This document shows, in pieces, positions 1 to 9,295 of a stretch of 64,000 nucleotides of DNA. This DNA comes from Akkermansiaceae bacterium (GTDB taxonomy: Bacteria > Verrucomicrobiota > Verrucomicrobiia > Verrucomicrobiales > Akkermansiaceae), in NCBI GenBank assembly GCA_026461385.1, contig JAPJNB010000043.1:4718-68717 (forward strand), written 5' to 3'. Each line of letters begins with the position of its first letter. The stretch's first letter is position 1. The position numbers and the translations under genes are program-made. The notes under the pieces are model-generated. The model was given only the letters and a program-made list of their open reading frames with translations. It made no database searches and was not told where the DNA came from.

Positions 1-2
1 AT

Positions 3-149
3 CAAGTTCAAAAGTCCACCAACCTGGTGAACTGGAGCAATCTCGGTTCGGCGGTTTCGGGTGATGGTTCTACTAAGTCGAAGACCGATGCAATCGGTGC
101 GACCAAGGCATTCTTTAAGGTCATCGAGACGACGCCAGCGAATCAATAA
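3..149 (+). CDS. 3' end of an upstream gene; C-terminal domain typical of verrucomicrobial secreted proteins (partial)
   Basis: Frame 3 is open from the window edge to TAA at 147-149: QVQKSTNLVNWSNLGSAVSGDGSTKSKTDAIGATKAFFKVIETTPANQ*. The Q-x-STNL-x-x-W ... FF(K/R)V pattern resembles the C-terminal tails of other secreted proteins in this window. A terminator follows. Confidence 0.7.
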   Translation, partial: QVQKSTNLVNWSNLGSAVSGDGSTKSKTDAIGATKAFFKVIETTPANQ

Positions 150-162
150 ATGGCTCACCAAT

Positions 163-196
163 CGGCGGTCGGTGTACAACCGGCCGCCGTTTTTTT
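163..196 (+). terminator. Rho-independent terminator
   Basis: 11-bp GC-rich stem CGGCGGTCGGT / ACCGGCCGCCG (one G-U pair), 5-nt loop and a T7 tract, just after the stop at 149. Confidence 0.8.
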
Positions 197-238
197 CTCC
201 CCCTCTAACAGATTTAAGCTCGCCTCCATCGTGAATCC

Positions 239-2146
239 ATGCCTCCTGAAGTGCTAGAAAATAGGCTTGAACCTCGCCATGGAAGCACGAAGGCCAGAGA
301 AAAACCATTCGTTCGCATTCTTCGCCTGCCGCTGAAGCCCATCTTAATTTTGTTAGGTTTTGCTCTAACAGAATCCGTTAGAGCACAAACCATTCCTGGC
401 TATACCTTGTGCTGGGCAGATGAATTCAATCAGACGGATGGCAGCACGCCGGATGCTCAAAAGTGGGGATATGACACGGGTGCCTCGGGTTGGGGAAATG
501 GTGAGCTTCAAAATTACACCACTCGTGTAGAAAATGCGCGGATTGAGGCTGGGCAATTGGTGATTGAGGCTCGCAAAGAAAACTACGCGGGAAGTAATTA
601 CACCTCTGCACGTTTGTTGACAAAGAACAAGGCTTCGTGGACCTATGGTCGCATGGAGGCACGGATGAAACTTCCGAGAGGCCAAGGAATCTGGCCAGCA
701 TTCTGGATGCTTGGCTCGGACATCGATGTCGTGGGTTGGCCGAGTTGTGGGGAGATCGACATCATGGAGAACATCGGTGCACTTCCCTCGACGGTTTATG
801 GGACGGTGCATGGCCCTGGTTACTCGGGTAGCGGGGGAATTGGCGGAAGTTTCACCCGAGCCGGCGGAGCACTCGCCGACGATTTTCACGTCTTCGCGAT
901 TGAGTGGGAATCGAACGAAATCCGCTGGATCATCGATAACCAGACCTATTTTACGGTTCGACCATCTGACCTTCCGAGTGGAGGTCGTTGGGTGTTCAAC
1001 AAGCCGCACCATCTGCTGCTCAATCTAGCAGTCGGAGGCGCGTGGCCGGGCTATCCGAATGCGTCCACGACATTTCCCCAACGCATGACGGTCGACTATG
1101 TGCGGGTCTATCAGCGATCAGGATTTGTCCCTGTGGTCCCGCAGTTTGTGACGGTGACACCCGTAGAAAATTGGATAGGGTACATGCATGTGTCGAACCG
1201 TCCTCAAGATGGCGGGGCTTATCAATTTGGCACAACTTGGTCGACGGCCGATCTCAGTGCGAGCTTTTCGGGTGCGAACCTGATCCTGAAACCTAACAGT
1301 ATCAGCGATCCTGCGACTTACTGGTATGTGGGTGGCGGCGGCCCAGGGCGAGCAGGCAATAAGATCATGGATGCCAACATGTATGTCGAGAAAACCAATA
1401 CCCTCTCCGGGAAGACCGTGGTCTTTAAGGGCAATGTGCTTTCAAACACACTGACTGGAGCGCACCATTCATTCGCATTCATCAAAGACTTCGCGCCAGA
1501 CTATTCCTCAAGCGTTTCGGTGCAGGTCCCTCTAACAAACGGCGTCTTTAAGTTGATTCTCGACACGCTCCCTGGCGTGGGGCGTCACGTGCAGTATGGA
1601 TTCGAGACGTTTGGGGTGAATGTGTGGGCGTCTGATTCCGCAGTGTTCGGGTCGGTTCAGATCGGCGCAGCGGAGGATGACCTCTATGAACGGTGGATCA
1701 GAGGATTTGAGATGAGTTCAATTCCGGGACCCGACCTTAGTGCCCGTGGCGATCCTGACGGAGATGGGCAGAGTAACCTGTTAGAGTATGCGATCAATGA
1801 CAACCCAGCCCGCCCGTCGATTTCAGGGAAAATGAGGTCGCAGATCCGGATGATCGATGGTGCAAGGTGTTTTGAATTGACTCTGCCCGTGCGGGATGGG
1901 GCGGTTTTCAGTGGGTCGCCGGCGAAATCGGCGCTTGCAGGCCAGTTGGCCTATACCGTGGAGGGTTCGAGTGAATTGAAGGTCTTTGATCGAGAAGTGA
2001 CTGAATTATCGCCTCTCACGGAAGGGCTGCCCGCACTCGATGAGGGTTGGTCTTACCGGAGTTTTAGGCTGAATAGCGCAATTGGCTCCGTAACTCCTCA
2101 GCGATCGGCGGGTTTCCTTCGTGCGAAAATCACCGCAGTCCCCTGA
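239..2146 (+). CDS. Secreted GH16 beta-1,3-glucanase (laminarinase-like) with an unassigned middle domain and a C-terminal DxDGDG/sorting-like domain
   Basis: GH16 motifs WADEFN, GWGNGELQNYT, YTSARL, GIWPAFWMLG and catalytic WPSCGEIDIMEN (ExDxxE). Signal-peptide-like LKPILILLGFALTESVRA, so the real start may be downstream of 239. C-terminus has DPDGDGQSNLLEYA...FLRAK. Confidence 0.9.
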   Translation: MPPEVLENRLEPRHGSTKAREKPFVRILRLPLKPILILLGFALTESVRAQTIPGYTLCWADEFNQTDGSTPDAQKWGYDTGASGWGNGELQNYTTRVENARIEAGQLVIEARKENYAGSNYTSARLLTKNKASWTYGRMEARMKLPRGQGIWPAFWMLGSDIDVVGWPSCGEIDIMENIGALPSTVYGTVHGPGYSGSGGIGGSFTRAGGALADDFHVFAIEWESNEIRWIIDNQTYFTVRPSDLPSGGRWVFNKPHHLLLNLAVGGAWPGYPNASTTFPQRMTVDYVRVYQRSGFVPVVPQFVTVTPVENWIGYMHVSNRPQDGGAYQFGTTWSTADLSASFSGANLILKPNSISDPATYWYVGGGGPGRAGNKIMDANMYVEKTNTLSGKTVVFKGNVLSNTLTGAHHSFAFIKDFAPDYSSSVSVQVPLTNGVFKLILDTLPGVGRHVQYGFETFGVNVWASDSAVFGSVQIGAAEDDLYERWIRGFEMSSIPGPDLSARGDPDGDGQSNLLEYAINDNPARPSISGKMRSQIRMIDGARCFELTLPVRDGAVFSGSPAKSALAGQLAYTVEGSSELKVFDREVTELSPLTEGLPALDEGWSYRSFRLNSAIGSVTPQRSAGFLRAKITAVP

Positions 2147-2244
2147 TCTTTAATAAATTGCCCTGAAATGATACCAGTAAGTTGCATTAAATTTCTCGAC
2201 TAGGTCGGATTTTGATGCGATGAATTCTTCTGTTCTTTAAACCC

Positions 2245-2991
2245 ATGAAAGCAAGCCAACAACCCCAGCGCCGTAGGAGTGGATTCACTCTTGTTGAAAT
2301 CCTTGTCACTCTAACCATTGTCGCGGTGCTTGCGGGAGTGGTGTTTAGTATATCGGCGAAGGCCAAGCAGTCGGCCTTGTCGGCGAGTACCTTGAATAAC
2401 CTCCGTGAGATTGGGGGTTGTGCGGGACTCTGGATGTCAGAAAACAACAATTTTTTCCCACCTGCATGGGACAACACCAATGGTGCCAATCGGTCCTATG
2501 CGCAGAGTTTTGATCCCTACATGCATGGAGTGCCGATCTACCGTTCGGACCGCAGCAAGTTCATCGGCCCCGATAAGAGAATCGCGGTGAAAGTGAATAG
2601 CAATTCTCACCCACTCACCTATGCCATGAATCGCGCAGTCTGTCGCGATACCACTTCTAACGGCAAGCCTGGTGAAACGCTGGTGCATGTCACCAAAGTT
2701 TCACAACCCACCCAAGTGATCCTCCTTGCCGATGGCTGCCAGAACCCAGGAAACTTAGGACAGTCGAATGCTTCCGCCTATCGGTTATATGCCGCAACAG
2801 GTCAGTTTGGCCCTCCAGGCAAAGGCACGCAAACGATTCCCATTGGGCCTGACGTTGATACCGCAGCGGGCGACGGTTGGTTCCGCTATCCATGGGGCAA
2901 ATGTCACGCCTTGATGTGCGATGGATCTGCGATGGTCTTCGCGAAGGGGACGATCAAGAACAAAAACATCTGGATCGATAGCGATATATAA
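2245..2991 (+). CDS. Prepilin-type N-terminal cleavage/methylation domain protein with a degenerate H-X9-DG tail
   Basis: RRRSG|FTLVEILVTLTIVAVLAG prepilin cleavage motif; C-terminal FRYPWGKCHALMCDGS. Confidence 0.85.
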   Translation: MKASQQPQRRRSGFTLVEILVTLTIVAVLAGVVFSISAKAKQSALSASTLNNLREIGGCAGLWMSENNNFFPPAWDNTNGANRSYAQSFDPYMHGVPIYRSDRSKFIGPDKRIAVKVNSNSHPLTYAMNRAVCRDTTSNGKPGETLVHVTKVSQPTQVILLADGCQNPGNLGQSNASAYRLYAATGQFGPPGKGTQTIPIGPDVDTAAGDGWFRYPWGKCHALMCDGSAMVFAKGTIKNKNIWIDSDI

Positions 2992-3016
2992 GAATGCGTC
3001 GCGGGCGAACCAGAGA

Positions 3017-4351
3017 TCAAATCCGGCGCGCGGCAAGATCGGTGCGCATGGTCTTGCAGGTGGCCTCATCGAGGCCGTAGCGCAGGAAGAAGATCGAGAG
3101 CATTAGCAGACCTACAGCAGGAATCAGACTTGAGAGAAGTAAGATGCCGTGCAGGGAAGCGGTGGTCTGTTCGGCATTGGCCACGTAGCCAAAGTAGCTA
3201 AGCAACCATCCAGCGAAGGCAGCACCGATGCCCATGCCTGCCTTCTGTGACGAGGTGGTCGCTGAGAAAATAATCCCCGTGGTGCGCACCTTGAACTTCC
3301 ACTCCGCATAGTCCGCGGTATCCGCGACGAGGGCCCAGTAAAGTGTCGCGTTGATTCCTGCGAAGATCATCCCAAGAATCTGAAAGGTGAAAATCAATTC
3401 AGTTTGTTGGGGCTTGATCCAGTAGAACGGAATAGCGGTTAGAGCGACGAGAGCCATGCTGGTGATAAATGAGTATTTCTTACCGATTGACCGCACTGCA
3501 AACTTCGTGAGCATGGCGCCGAAGATCATGGCGAGTCCGCCAACGAGAAAATAGGTGGCGATTTGCTTGTCGTCCCACTTCAGGTAGCTCTTCAGATAAT
3601 AGACGCCGGCGGTTCCACGGACCACGGCGAAGGTAATATTGATGATCCCGGCCGCAAACATCATCAACCAGTGCCGGTTCGCTAACAGGGTTTTAATATC
3701 GCCGCTAAGTTTGGTTTTTTGGGCGACGGGTGGGTGGATTCGTTCGCGGGTTGAGAAGAACGAAATGAGAAAGAAGACGACCGAGATTGCACTGAAAAGG
3801 ATCACGGTACGTTGGGCGCCAAGTTGCTGGTTTTCTCCGCCGAAGGTTTTGATCAACAGCAGAAAACTGGAGTTAGCGACGATCCCGCCGAGTTGGGCGA
3901 GGACCATTCGGAAGCTATTGACGCTCGTGCGTTCTAGGGGATCGTCCGTCATCACGCCAGACAAGGCCCCGTAAGGGATATTGATGGCCGAGTAGAGGAG
4001 CATCAGTAAGTTGTAGGTGGTCCATGCCCAAACCAACTTGCCCCATGAACTGAAGTTGGGTGTCGTAAACGCAAGGACGAATACGACGGCAAGTGGAAGG
4101 CAAAGCCAAAGAAGGTAGGGGCGGAATTTTCCCCAACGTGAATGGGTTCGATCAGCCGCCGCGCCGATGAAGAAGTCCACGAATCCATCGGTGCAGCGCG
4201 CGAACAAAAGCATGGTTCCGGCGGCCGCTGCGGTGATGCCAAAAATGTCGGTATAGAAGAACATGATAAAATTCATCATCAGTGCCCAGATGAAATTGCT
4301 GGCGGTGTCGCCAAGCCCATAGCCGATTTTTTCTTGAATGGAAACTTTCAT
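3017..4351 (-). CDS. MFS sugar transporter, glycoside-pentoside-hexuronide (GPH) cation symporter family
   Basis: Likely start ATG at 4351 (MKVSIQEKIGYGLGD). Motifs DRTHSRWGKFRPYLLW, NIPYGAL and ADTADYAEWK; about 12 hydrophobic segments. The ORF track extends it upstream to 4507, overlapping the next gene. Confidence 0.9.
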   Translation of the reverse strand: MKVSIQEKIGYGLGDTASNFIWALMMNFIMFFYTDIFGITAAAAGTMLLFARCTDGFVDFFIGAAADRTHSRWGKFRPYLLWLCLPLAVVFVLAFTTPNFSSWGKLVWAWTTYNLLMLLYSAINIPYGALSGVMTDDPLERTSVNSFRMVLAQLGGIVANSSFLLLIKTFGGENQQLGAQRTVILFSAISVVFFLISFFSTRERIHPPVAQKTKLSGDIKTLLANRHWLMMFAAGIINITFAVVRGTAGVYYLKSYLKWDDKQIATYFLVGGLAMIFGAMLTKFAVRSIGKKYSFITSMALVALTAIPFYWIKPQQTELIFTFQILGMIFAGINATLYWALVADTADYAEWKFKVRTTGIIFSATTSSQKAGMGIGAAFAGWLLSYFGYVANAEQTTASLHGILLLSSLIPAVGLLMLSIFFLRYGLDEATCKTMRTDLAARRI

Positions 4352-4371
4352 CGTTTTTGAAAATAGAGATG

Positions 4372-7300
4372 TTAGAAATGAGTGACGAGTTTTTTTGGAA
4401 GCTTGACCGTGATGGACTGGATCACATGGTTGCGCGCGAACAACGCTTGGCACACTGTGGATGGAAGCTGATTGCCGTCGATTTCCAAGACTTTGCCATC
4501 GGCGCAATCAACCGTGATGGATGCTTTGTCCGCGAGCTGATAGCAGATTGGAGTTTGGAATGCTGTGAACGCAAGGGTCATGGGATCGAGCTTCCACGTT
4601 TGGCCGTCGCCGTTCACGTCGATATAGTGGAATGCATGCGAGGTCGTGAAAAACTCGTGAGTTGTAAGAAGTGTGGGGTTGAAGCGCAGGCATCCGCCCT
4701 CGATTTGAACCCCGAGTTCTCCGAGGCGGGTGAGAATTTCTTCTTTCACTTGACCCGTCATGCCGGGTTGCTGGGCACCTCGGTGGCGTGGGGAGTGCGA
4801 ATAAGGGTCGGTGGGAAATGCACCATAGGTGGGCGCATCCTTGGTGAAGCCGAGTCCATTCCTGATGTCCCGATACACCTCCGCAAGTTGGTTGGATTCA
4901 ACCGAAGTTGGGTCAAGTCTAGATGAATTTTGATAGATCTCTTGAACGGCTAACAGCAACTTCGCGATCATGTGCCAGTAAATGCTGCCCAGTCCCTCGA
5001 AGGCGAACATGGATCCGCTTCGGCCCGTGAACGACTGGTGGCGAAAGACCTGCTCCCAAAGCTCTAGCAAGCTACTGCGATCGGTTGACAGGGCATCTTG
5101 CCAGCGTGGCTCGGTGCTCAGTCGATCCATGAGCGATTGAAGATCGCGAGCATTGGTTAGATCCGGATGGAAGTGTGCATGGCCACGGCTGTCTCGGCGG
5201 ATGAGGCTTCGATCTCCAAGGCCGACGATTTCCGCAAGGTGAGGGATCTGTTTTTCCCAGTGGCAAGGCAGTGTGTTGCGCTCGAGGAACGGGGGGATCG
5301 TGCGATCGGGGTAGAGCAAGTAGCTGTGTTGGTCCGCACGATAGAGTGCGCTCGAACGCAACGAGCTCAGCAAGCTCAGCGCTTCAGCGGGATCCAGGGT
5401 ACCGCTGCTCAATGCGGCGACTTGGCCTTCGAGCATGAGATCGAGATGATGAACGACTGCGCTTTGTCCGCGTTGTTCTAACAGGTTGTAGCTGTGGAAG
5501 AGTGATCCATCGCGGCGATTGACGCGGAGCGTGGCATCAACGGCGGCAAGGCCCTTGGAGATGAAGTCCTTGAGCGCCTGATGCCTGACGGTGGTGAAGG
5601 ATTGGATCCCGTGGGTGTAAATCGCCGTGCGGTGTTTCTCCCCAGCACGTCCGAGTGCCTCCGTGAGACGGCCTCGTTCCAGATCGTCCATGACCTCAAC
5701 TGCGAGTTCTGGCAGGATTTTTGTTAGGTCGGCGAGCAATTGGGCAACTGGCTCCGATAGAGAAAATTCAGCGACTTCCTCACCGATGAGCTTTTCGAGG
5801 AAAGCCAGATAGCGGCGCATGTAGCAAACGGTGACAACGGAAAGACCCCAGCCCGCGAGTGCGTTGTTGGCATCGTTCCACTCAGGTCTCTGGGTGTTGA
5901 GCCAGATGCCGCCGCCGGGGACGAGGTTGCTCAGCTTGACAAGCAATGGTACGAGCAACTTTTCTGTTAGAGTGACCAGCGTGATCTGGCCCGTCTCGTC
6001 AGTGAGCAATTTGCCATCGCCCCCGAGCGCTTCTGCCCACGTCATGAGTTTTTCGTGGAGGGCTTGATTGAAAGTGATCGAGTTTTTCGGGTCTTGGCGG
6101 AGGACGTCAAATCCCGCGATCTCGTAGGGAACACACGCGTAGGTGTGAGTGCGTCGGTTGAGCGTTTGGCGCAGTTTGCCGGGATGGAATTGTTCGTGGC
6201 CTTCGAGGAGCCGGAGCAAATAGATGATTTGGTGGTCGCCCCAGTAGCCGATTTGGCTCCAGGGATCATTGGCTTCGAGGACTTCCCAGTCGATGCCGTT
6301 GCGAGTGATCCGGTAGGGGTTGTAGCCGTCTGCGGTGGAGGCATTGAGGAAGATGGCGATCATCGACTCGAAGCAACCTGGGTAGCTGTAGGCGAGGCTT
6401 TCCCAGTTTTGGAAAATGTCGCGCCAGTTTCCTGCATAGGCAAAACGCGGGCTACCATCCGCATCCTTGGTGTGGATTTCAAACCGGTTCCATGGGCGGC
6501 TTGGGTCGCCATGTCGGCGGCTGAAGCAGATGGGTAGGTATTCGCCTGCAACGCGGGCGAGGTGGGGGTCGGCGGTCTCTGCGGCGTGGGTAAGCAGCCC
6601 GTCGAGCGAGCAGGGGTCTGGCAGCGTGCTGAGCCATTCGGTCCGTTGCGAAAACAGCTCGGTGTTGCGGCATTTGAGAAATGCGGCAAAATCACGGCGC
6701 GGGAAATGATAGTTGTCGTGGAGGGTGCCACCCCGCATGCAGTTGAAGAGGACGTTGGCAAAGTGGTGGATGCTTGCAGGGGCATCAGCGCTTTGCTGGA
6801 TGGCGTCGGCTCCAGCGATGCGTCGTTTCAATGCAAGCGCATTTCCGGAGAGGTCGGCCACCAAGTGAGCTTGAAGGGCCTCGGGTTCAAGAAGCCTTTC
6901 ATGCAGGCTCCAGAGCGCGGTGTGGTCGAGCCCCGTATCCGCCACCATGAACCACTGGCACGTCGCTGCGGCCTCAAGTTCGATTTCGGCACTCAGCAAA
7001 TGGGCCCCAAATACCCCGCGCACCGCTGACTCTTGGGTCACGGGTAGGCCGCGGCGAAAGGCGTCGATCTGCTGGCCTGATAGAAGCGTTGTCGCCTGGT
7101 CAAGGCCGAGTGACCACGCGCAAGAAACGCGGAGTGATTCACAAGGTTCGGCACGGTCGGTGACTCCCGAGTTGAGCGTGTAAATTCCTAAGCCACTGCC
7201 CGCCACGATCTCGTGCCGCATGTAAGCTGCTGCCAAATAGCTGTAGCGCGAATACGTTTCTTGGGTCACCCCATGGGGTAAAAGGTGGTTCCAGCCGTCA

Positions 7301-7839
7301 AGTACCCGCAGGTTGCGTCGAGAGTCTGTTAGGTTTTCTAACTCGCAGGTCCTCACCAGTCCGAAGCGCTCGCTGGCGCTCAGCGTCCACCGGCAGATAA
7401 GGCCTAACCGGCGGTTGATTTCTTCAAAAATGACGCTGGTGCCCGTGACGTGTTTGTAGAGGTTTCGGGTGATTTCATCGGGCGGTGATTCAGGTGCCCA
7501 TGGTTCCCAGATGGCACCATCGATGATGATGATGCTGGTGACGCCGCAGGATTTTGGCTGGCTGAGGATTTTGTCGGCGGTTTGATAGGGGAAAAGCGCG
7601 TGGTCCGGATCGACACGCCCCGCAGTGAATCCCCCATTGCTGCCGACAAAAAGCCATAGATCAGAATCCGAAGCCACGCTCATGAGAAACGGCAGCATTC
7701 GATCCACATTTTGGATGCAGAGGTATTCCTCGCCGCTGAAGGGTGTGGTGCGTTCGCTCGCAGCTTTGGAAGTTTGCTCAACGCGAGTTGAAGGCGGTGC
7801 CTGTCCTGCTGGTGGACACAAGGCGGATGGAGTTCGCAT
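4372..7839 (-). CDS. Probable beta-1,3-glucan phosphorylase (GH149-like, GH94-related fold)
   Basis: 1155 aa with no signal peptide. Motifs PFLMSVASDSDLWLF, GNWRDIFQNWE, NASTADGYNPYRI, IGYWGDHQIIY, NTQRPEWNDANNAL (WND catalytic-loop motif of inverting phosphorylases) and GAFPTDPYSH. Size and GH16/MFS context fit GH149. Family assignment is from recall, not a search. Confidence 0.7.
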   Translation of the reverse strand: MRTPSALCPPAGQAPPSTRVEQTSKAASERTTPFSGEEYLCIQNVDRMLPFLMSVASDSDLWLFVGSNGGFTAGRVDPDHALFPYQTADKILSQPKSCGVTSIIIIDGAIWEPWAPESPPDEITRNLYKHVTGTSVIFEEINRRLGLICRWTLSASERFGLVRTCELENLTDSRRNLRVLDGWNHLLPHGVTQETYSRYSYLAAAYMRHEIVAGSGLGIYTLNSGVTDRAEPCESLRVSCAWSLGLDQATTLLSGQQIDAFRRGLPVTQESAVRGVFGAHLLSAEIELEAAATCQWFMVADTGLDHTALWSLHERLLEPEALQAHLVADLSGNALALKRRIAGADAIQQSADAPASIHHFANVLFNCMRGGTLHDNYHFPRRDFAAFLKCRNTELFSQRTEWLSTLPDPCSLDGLLTHAAETADPHLARVAGEYLPICFSRRHGDPSRPWNRFEIHTKDADGSPRFAYAGNWRDIFQNWESLAYSYPGCFESMIAIFLNASTADGYNPYRITRNGIDWEVLEANDPWSQIGYWGDHQIIYLLRLLEGHEQFHPGKLRQTLNRRTHTYACVPYEIAGFDVLRQDPKNSITFNQALHEKLMTWAEALGGDGKLLTDETGQITLVTLTEKLLVPLLVKLSNLVPGGGIWLNTQRPEWNDANNALAGWGLSVVTVCYMRRYLAFLEKLIGEEVAEFSLSEPVAQLLADLTKILPELAVEVMDDLERGRLTEALGRAGEKHRTAIYTHGIQSFTTVRHQALKDFISKGLAAVDATLRVNRRDGSLFHSYNLLEQRGQSAVVHHLDLMLEGQVAALSSGTLDPAEALSLLSSLRSSALYRADQHSYLLYPDRTIPPFLERNTLPCHWEKQIPHLAEIVGLGDRSLIRRDSRGHAHFHPDLTNARDLQSLMDRLSTEPRWQDALSTDRSSLLELWEQVFRHQSFTGRSGSMFAFEGLGSIYWHMIAKLLLAVQEIYQNSSRLDPTSVESNQLAEVYRDIRNGLGFTKDAPTYGAFPTDPYSHSPRHRGAQQPGMTGQVKEEILTRLGELGVQIEGGCLRFNPTLLTTHEFFTTSHAFHYIDVNGDGQTWKLDPMTLAFTAFQTPICYQLADKASITVDCADGKVLEIDGNQLPSTVCQALFARNHVIQSITVKLPKKLVTHF

Positions 7840-8010
7840 GGCGGCTGGTTAGATCTTAAGCTGAAATTTCGGAGGCGAGTTCACCCCCTAGTCGCGGCCC
7901 AGTTCCATTCTTGGGTTTTGGCGGTGTTCAAGGGATGGAGACTGCCTGATCGAACGGTAGGAAAGTTCGTGCCCTTGAATAGGGGAGGGGCGCGGCATCC
8001 ACAAGCGAAA

Positions 8011-8028
8011 ATTGCATTATGTTGCAAT
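8011..8028. promoter_or_regulatory. Candidate operator palindrome upstream of the phosphorylase gene
   Basis: ATTGCA-TTATGT-TGCAAT inverted repeat in the lacI-phosphorylase intergenic region. Confidence 0.35.
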
Positions 8029-8100
8029 GAGATCGCGTCGTGAAATTCCCATTGTGCTCGCCCTGATGCAGGGCCGAGTGGAAGGGAGGACGGGAAATCG

Positions 8101-9144
8101 CTAACTGGCAGGGCCAATCGTGGCACCGGGCCTGAGACGGCAATCGATCAGCACATGTTGTGCGGAGCCGAATCGTTTGGAGGCCCGTTCGATCAGGCGC
8201 TGGGTCCCGATCGTCCCGATTTCCCGGAACGGGATGACCACCGTGGTCAATTTGGGGCAATCTTGGGGCGCCTCGATTCCATCGAAGCCCGTGACCGAGA
8301 CGTCTTGAGGCACCCGGATTCCACGCTTTTCAAGGCATCGGATGAGGTCGTAGGCTTGGTGGTCGGCCGCGCACACCCAAGCGGTGACACCGGCGCGAAT
8401 CCGCTCGACCGCGTAGTCGATGCTGCTTTCGTCATCCCCCTCATGCGAAGGAAACACATTGACGATGTCCTCGATGGCCACCGGCAATCTCAGGCGAGCC
8501 ATCGCTTCCAAATATGAAGCATACCGCCGGTATGACCAACTTGCTTCGATCTCGTAGCGTCGGGTGAAAAACCCAATCTTGCGGTGCCCATTTTCGGCAA
8601 GGTGTTCGACGATGGACGAGATCCCTTTGTAGTGATCGACGTCGACGCAATCGATTCCCGTGTGATCGAACTGCTCGACCAAGGACACCAGGGGGATTCT
8701 CGGTGCCAAGTGGTCGAGCACGGTGTCTGGGAAGGGATAGACTAACAACAGTCCATCCCATCGGTTGCATAGCTTTTCGATTCGGAGAAATTTCGCATCA
8801 TTGAGAGCGCAGTGTTTGGGGTCGATCAAGTGGACCTCGACCTCGGCCCCGCTGAGGTGGGCGCAATCGGTCACACCAGTTAGAATCTGTTCGCTTGGAT
8901 TTTGATAATCTTTGCGGAGGTATTCTTTTTCGGACGAGCAAATCAGCACACCGAAGATTTGCTTTACGATCTTTTTGCGCTTCGCTCGTGGTGTGCGCAT
9001 TTGCAAATGCACATAGCCGATCTCGGCTGCCAACTGGAAGACCCGGGCGCGGGTCACCGGATTGATTCCAGGATGGTTGGTAAAACAGCGGGATACGGTG
9101 GCGCGAGAAATATTCAAGCGATCTGCGATCCATTGCTGGTTCAC
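8101..9144 (-). CDS. LacI-family transcriptional regulator
   Basis: N-terminal HTH MNQQWIADRLNISRATVSRCF; sugar-binding domain with VCAADHQA, VPQDVSVTGFDG and LTTVVIP. Confidence 0.9.
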   Translation of the reverse strand: MNQQWIADRLNISRATVSRCFTNHPGINPVTRARVFQLAAEIGYVHLQMRTPRAKRKKIVKQIFGVLICSSEKEYLRKDYQNPSEQILTGVTDCAHLSGAEVEVHLIDPKHCALNDAKFLRIEKLCNRWDGLLLVYPFPDTVLDHLAPRIPLVSLVEQFDHTGIDCVDVDHYKGISSIVEHLAENGHRKIGFFTRRYEIEASWSYRRYASYLEAMARLRLPVAIEDIVNVFPSHEGDDESSIDYAVERIRAGVTAWVCAADHQAYDLIRCLEKRGIRVPQDVSVTGFDGIEAPQDCPKLTTVVIPFREIGTIGTQRLIERASKRFGSAQHVLIDCRLRPGATIGPAS

Positions 9145-9295
9145 CTCGGGGGATGTTTCGTTCGTGATGATGCGAAGGATTGGTTGGGTGAGCGACTTGG
9201 TAGATAAGGATCAAGCGGATAGCAAGTCCAATTTGGATTTGGTGGTCTTTAGCGATGGCTGATGAGACCACCGAGCTCGGTTCATGTCCTGCCGC

